From: Raillietiella orientalis
Lineage: Eukaryota
Direction of reading: 5' to 3'
Length of the DNA stretch: 64,000 nucleotides
Assembly (NCBI GenBank): GCA_036172245.1
Contig: JAYWIR010000108.1
Coordinates: forward strand, 1 to 64,000
Part shown: positions 63,191 to 64,000 of the stretch, one piece after another
Layout: each line of letters opens with the position of its first letter
How positions within the stretch are numbered: position 1 is the stretch's first letter
Translations under genes and position numbers: made by a program
Notes under the pieces: model-generated
Databases searched by the model: none
Seen by the model: only the letters and a program-made list of their open reading frames with translations
What the model was told of the DNA's origin: nothing

Positions 63191-63362
63191 TTCACGCGTT
63201 GTGGGCAAAACCCAAACAAAAAGGAAGCGGTCTTCTCGCCTTCCTCACCTGAAACTGCGGCGTTCACAGGCATTTCTGCTTGTCAACGGCCGCGAAACAC
63301 ACACGAAATACCAGGCAAGAAAAACTCCCTATCCACGGAGCGCACAACAATCGCGACCGCCG

Positions 63363-64000
63363 TTTGCCACCCGGATATGCCGGGGCATTTATTATTCTAA
63401 TTTTCTACAAAAATTAGATAATAAAGTCTTTCAAAAGTTAATTGTGGGAAACACTTGGTTTTCCCACCTTGGTTGACGTGTCTGTTGCCGGTGCATAGAC
63501 CGGTTAGGTCCATTCCCGAGACGCATGGAAAGGAAAAACTAGAACAAAAACAAACAAAAAGAGAGATAACGGGGGAGGGAAACAGATGTATGGGAGAGGG
63601 GGGGGAGCAGGGAAGGGATCACTGGGCGCCTGGGTCGGTCCTCCGCATCCTGTTCAGGATGCAGTCAAGTTCACTTTTTATCGTGAAAGATAGACGTCAC
63701 CTTGTCGCCGTCTCTAAAGAGATCGTTGTCCAGTGGATGGCGACCATGCATCTTGAGCCTCTTCATCTGGCGCGCCACCTTTGCACAATGCCGCGCACGC
63801 AGCAGAGGACTGCTAGAGACGCAGCGGGGCGCAGGCCGTCACGAAGAAAGAGGCGACGGTAAATTTCCTGAGGGTCGCCTACTGGAAGATGAAGGATTGG
63901 GGCGATTCGACTCCAGAGTCCATCCAGGGCGACACACTCGAGGGTGAGATGCGGGAAGGTTTCTCTTTCTCCGCACTCGACACAGCGGGCATCCACATTC
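63363..64000 (-). mobile_element. 3' end of a further C-related element, runs off window
   Basis: CVECGERETFPHLTLEC, TGATCCCTTCCC, T-tract, AATAAA followed by CCCGG-CATAT-CCGGG. Confidence 0.85.

Noticed and set aside
1..64000. Prokaryotic RT systems (retron, DGR, group II intron, CRISPR-associated RT)
   Set aside because: The RT is fused to an APE endonuclease and paired with a CCHC ORF1 and AATAAA ends. There are no operons, arrays or host genes.
1..64000. LTR or DIRS retrotransposons suggested by the gag-like knuckles and inverted repeats
   Set aside because: No protease, integrase, RNase H, tyrosine recombinase or LTRs are visible; the inverted repeats are opposed copies of elements.

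Overview
The whole 64 kb window is a dense, nested array of about 20 degenerate non-LTR retrotransposon copies or fragments of the L1/Tx1 type, so the source is almost certainly eukaryotic; the organism cannot be determined from sequence alone. I found no host gene, RNA gene or CRISPR array. Each element has an ORF1 (RRM-like region, two CCHC knuckles, acidic low-complexity tail) and an ORF2 (APE endonuclease, reverse transcriptase, C-terminal Cys/His finger). About six related families can be told apart by eye; the labels A-F are mine. Five ~5.5-5.8 kb copies keep both ends, but no copy has two intact ORFs. The main signal is that the nesting is not random. Each family recurs at its own short target inside conserved coding motifs of related elements, mostly antisense, sometimes with 12-14 bp target-site duplications (TSDs), and twice as tandem copies separated by one target copy. 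All families share a 5' GGACGTGY (DPE-like) motif, usually ~11 nt inside the element, and a 3' AATAAA plus CCCGG-loop-CCGGG hairpin without a real poly(A) tail. Coordinates were read by eye and junctions may be off by a few bases.
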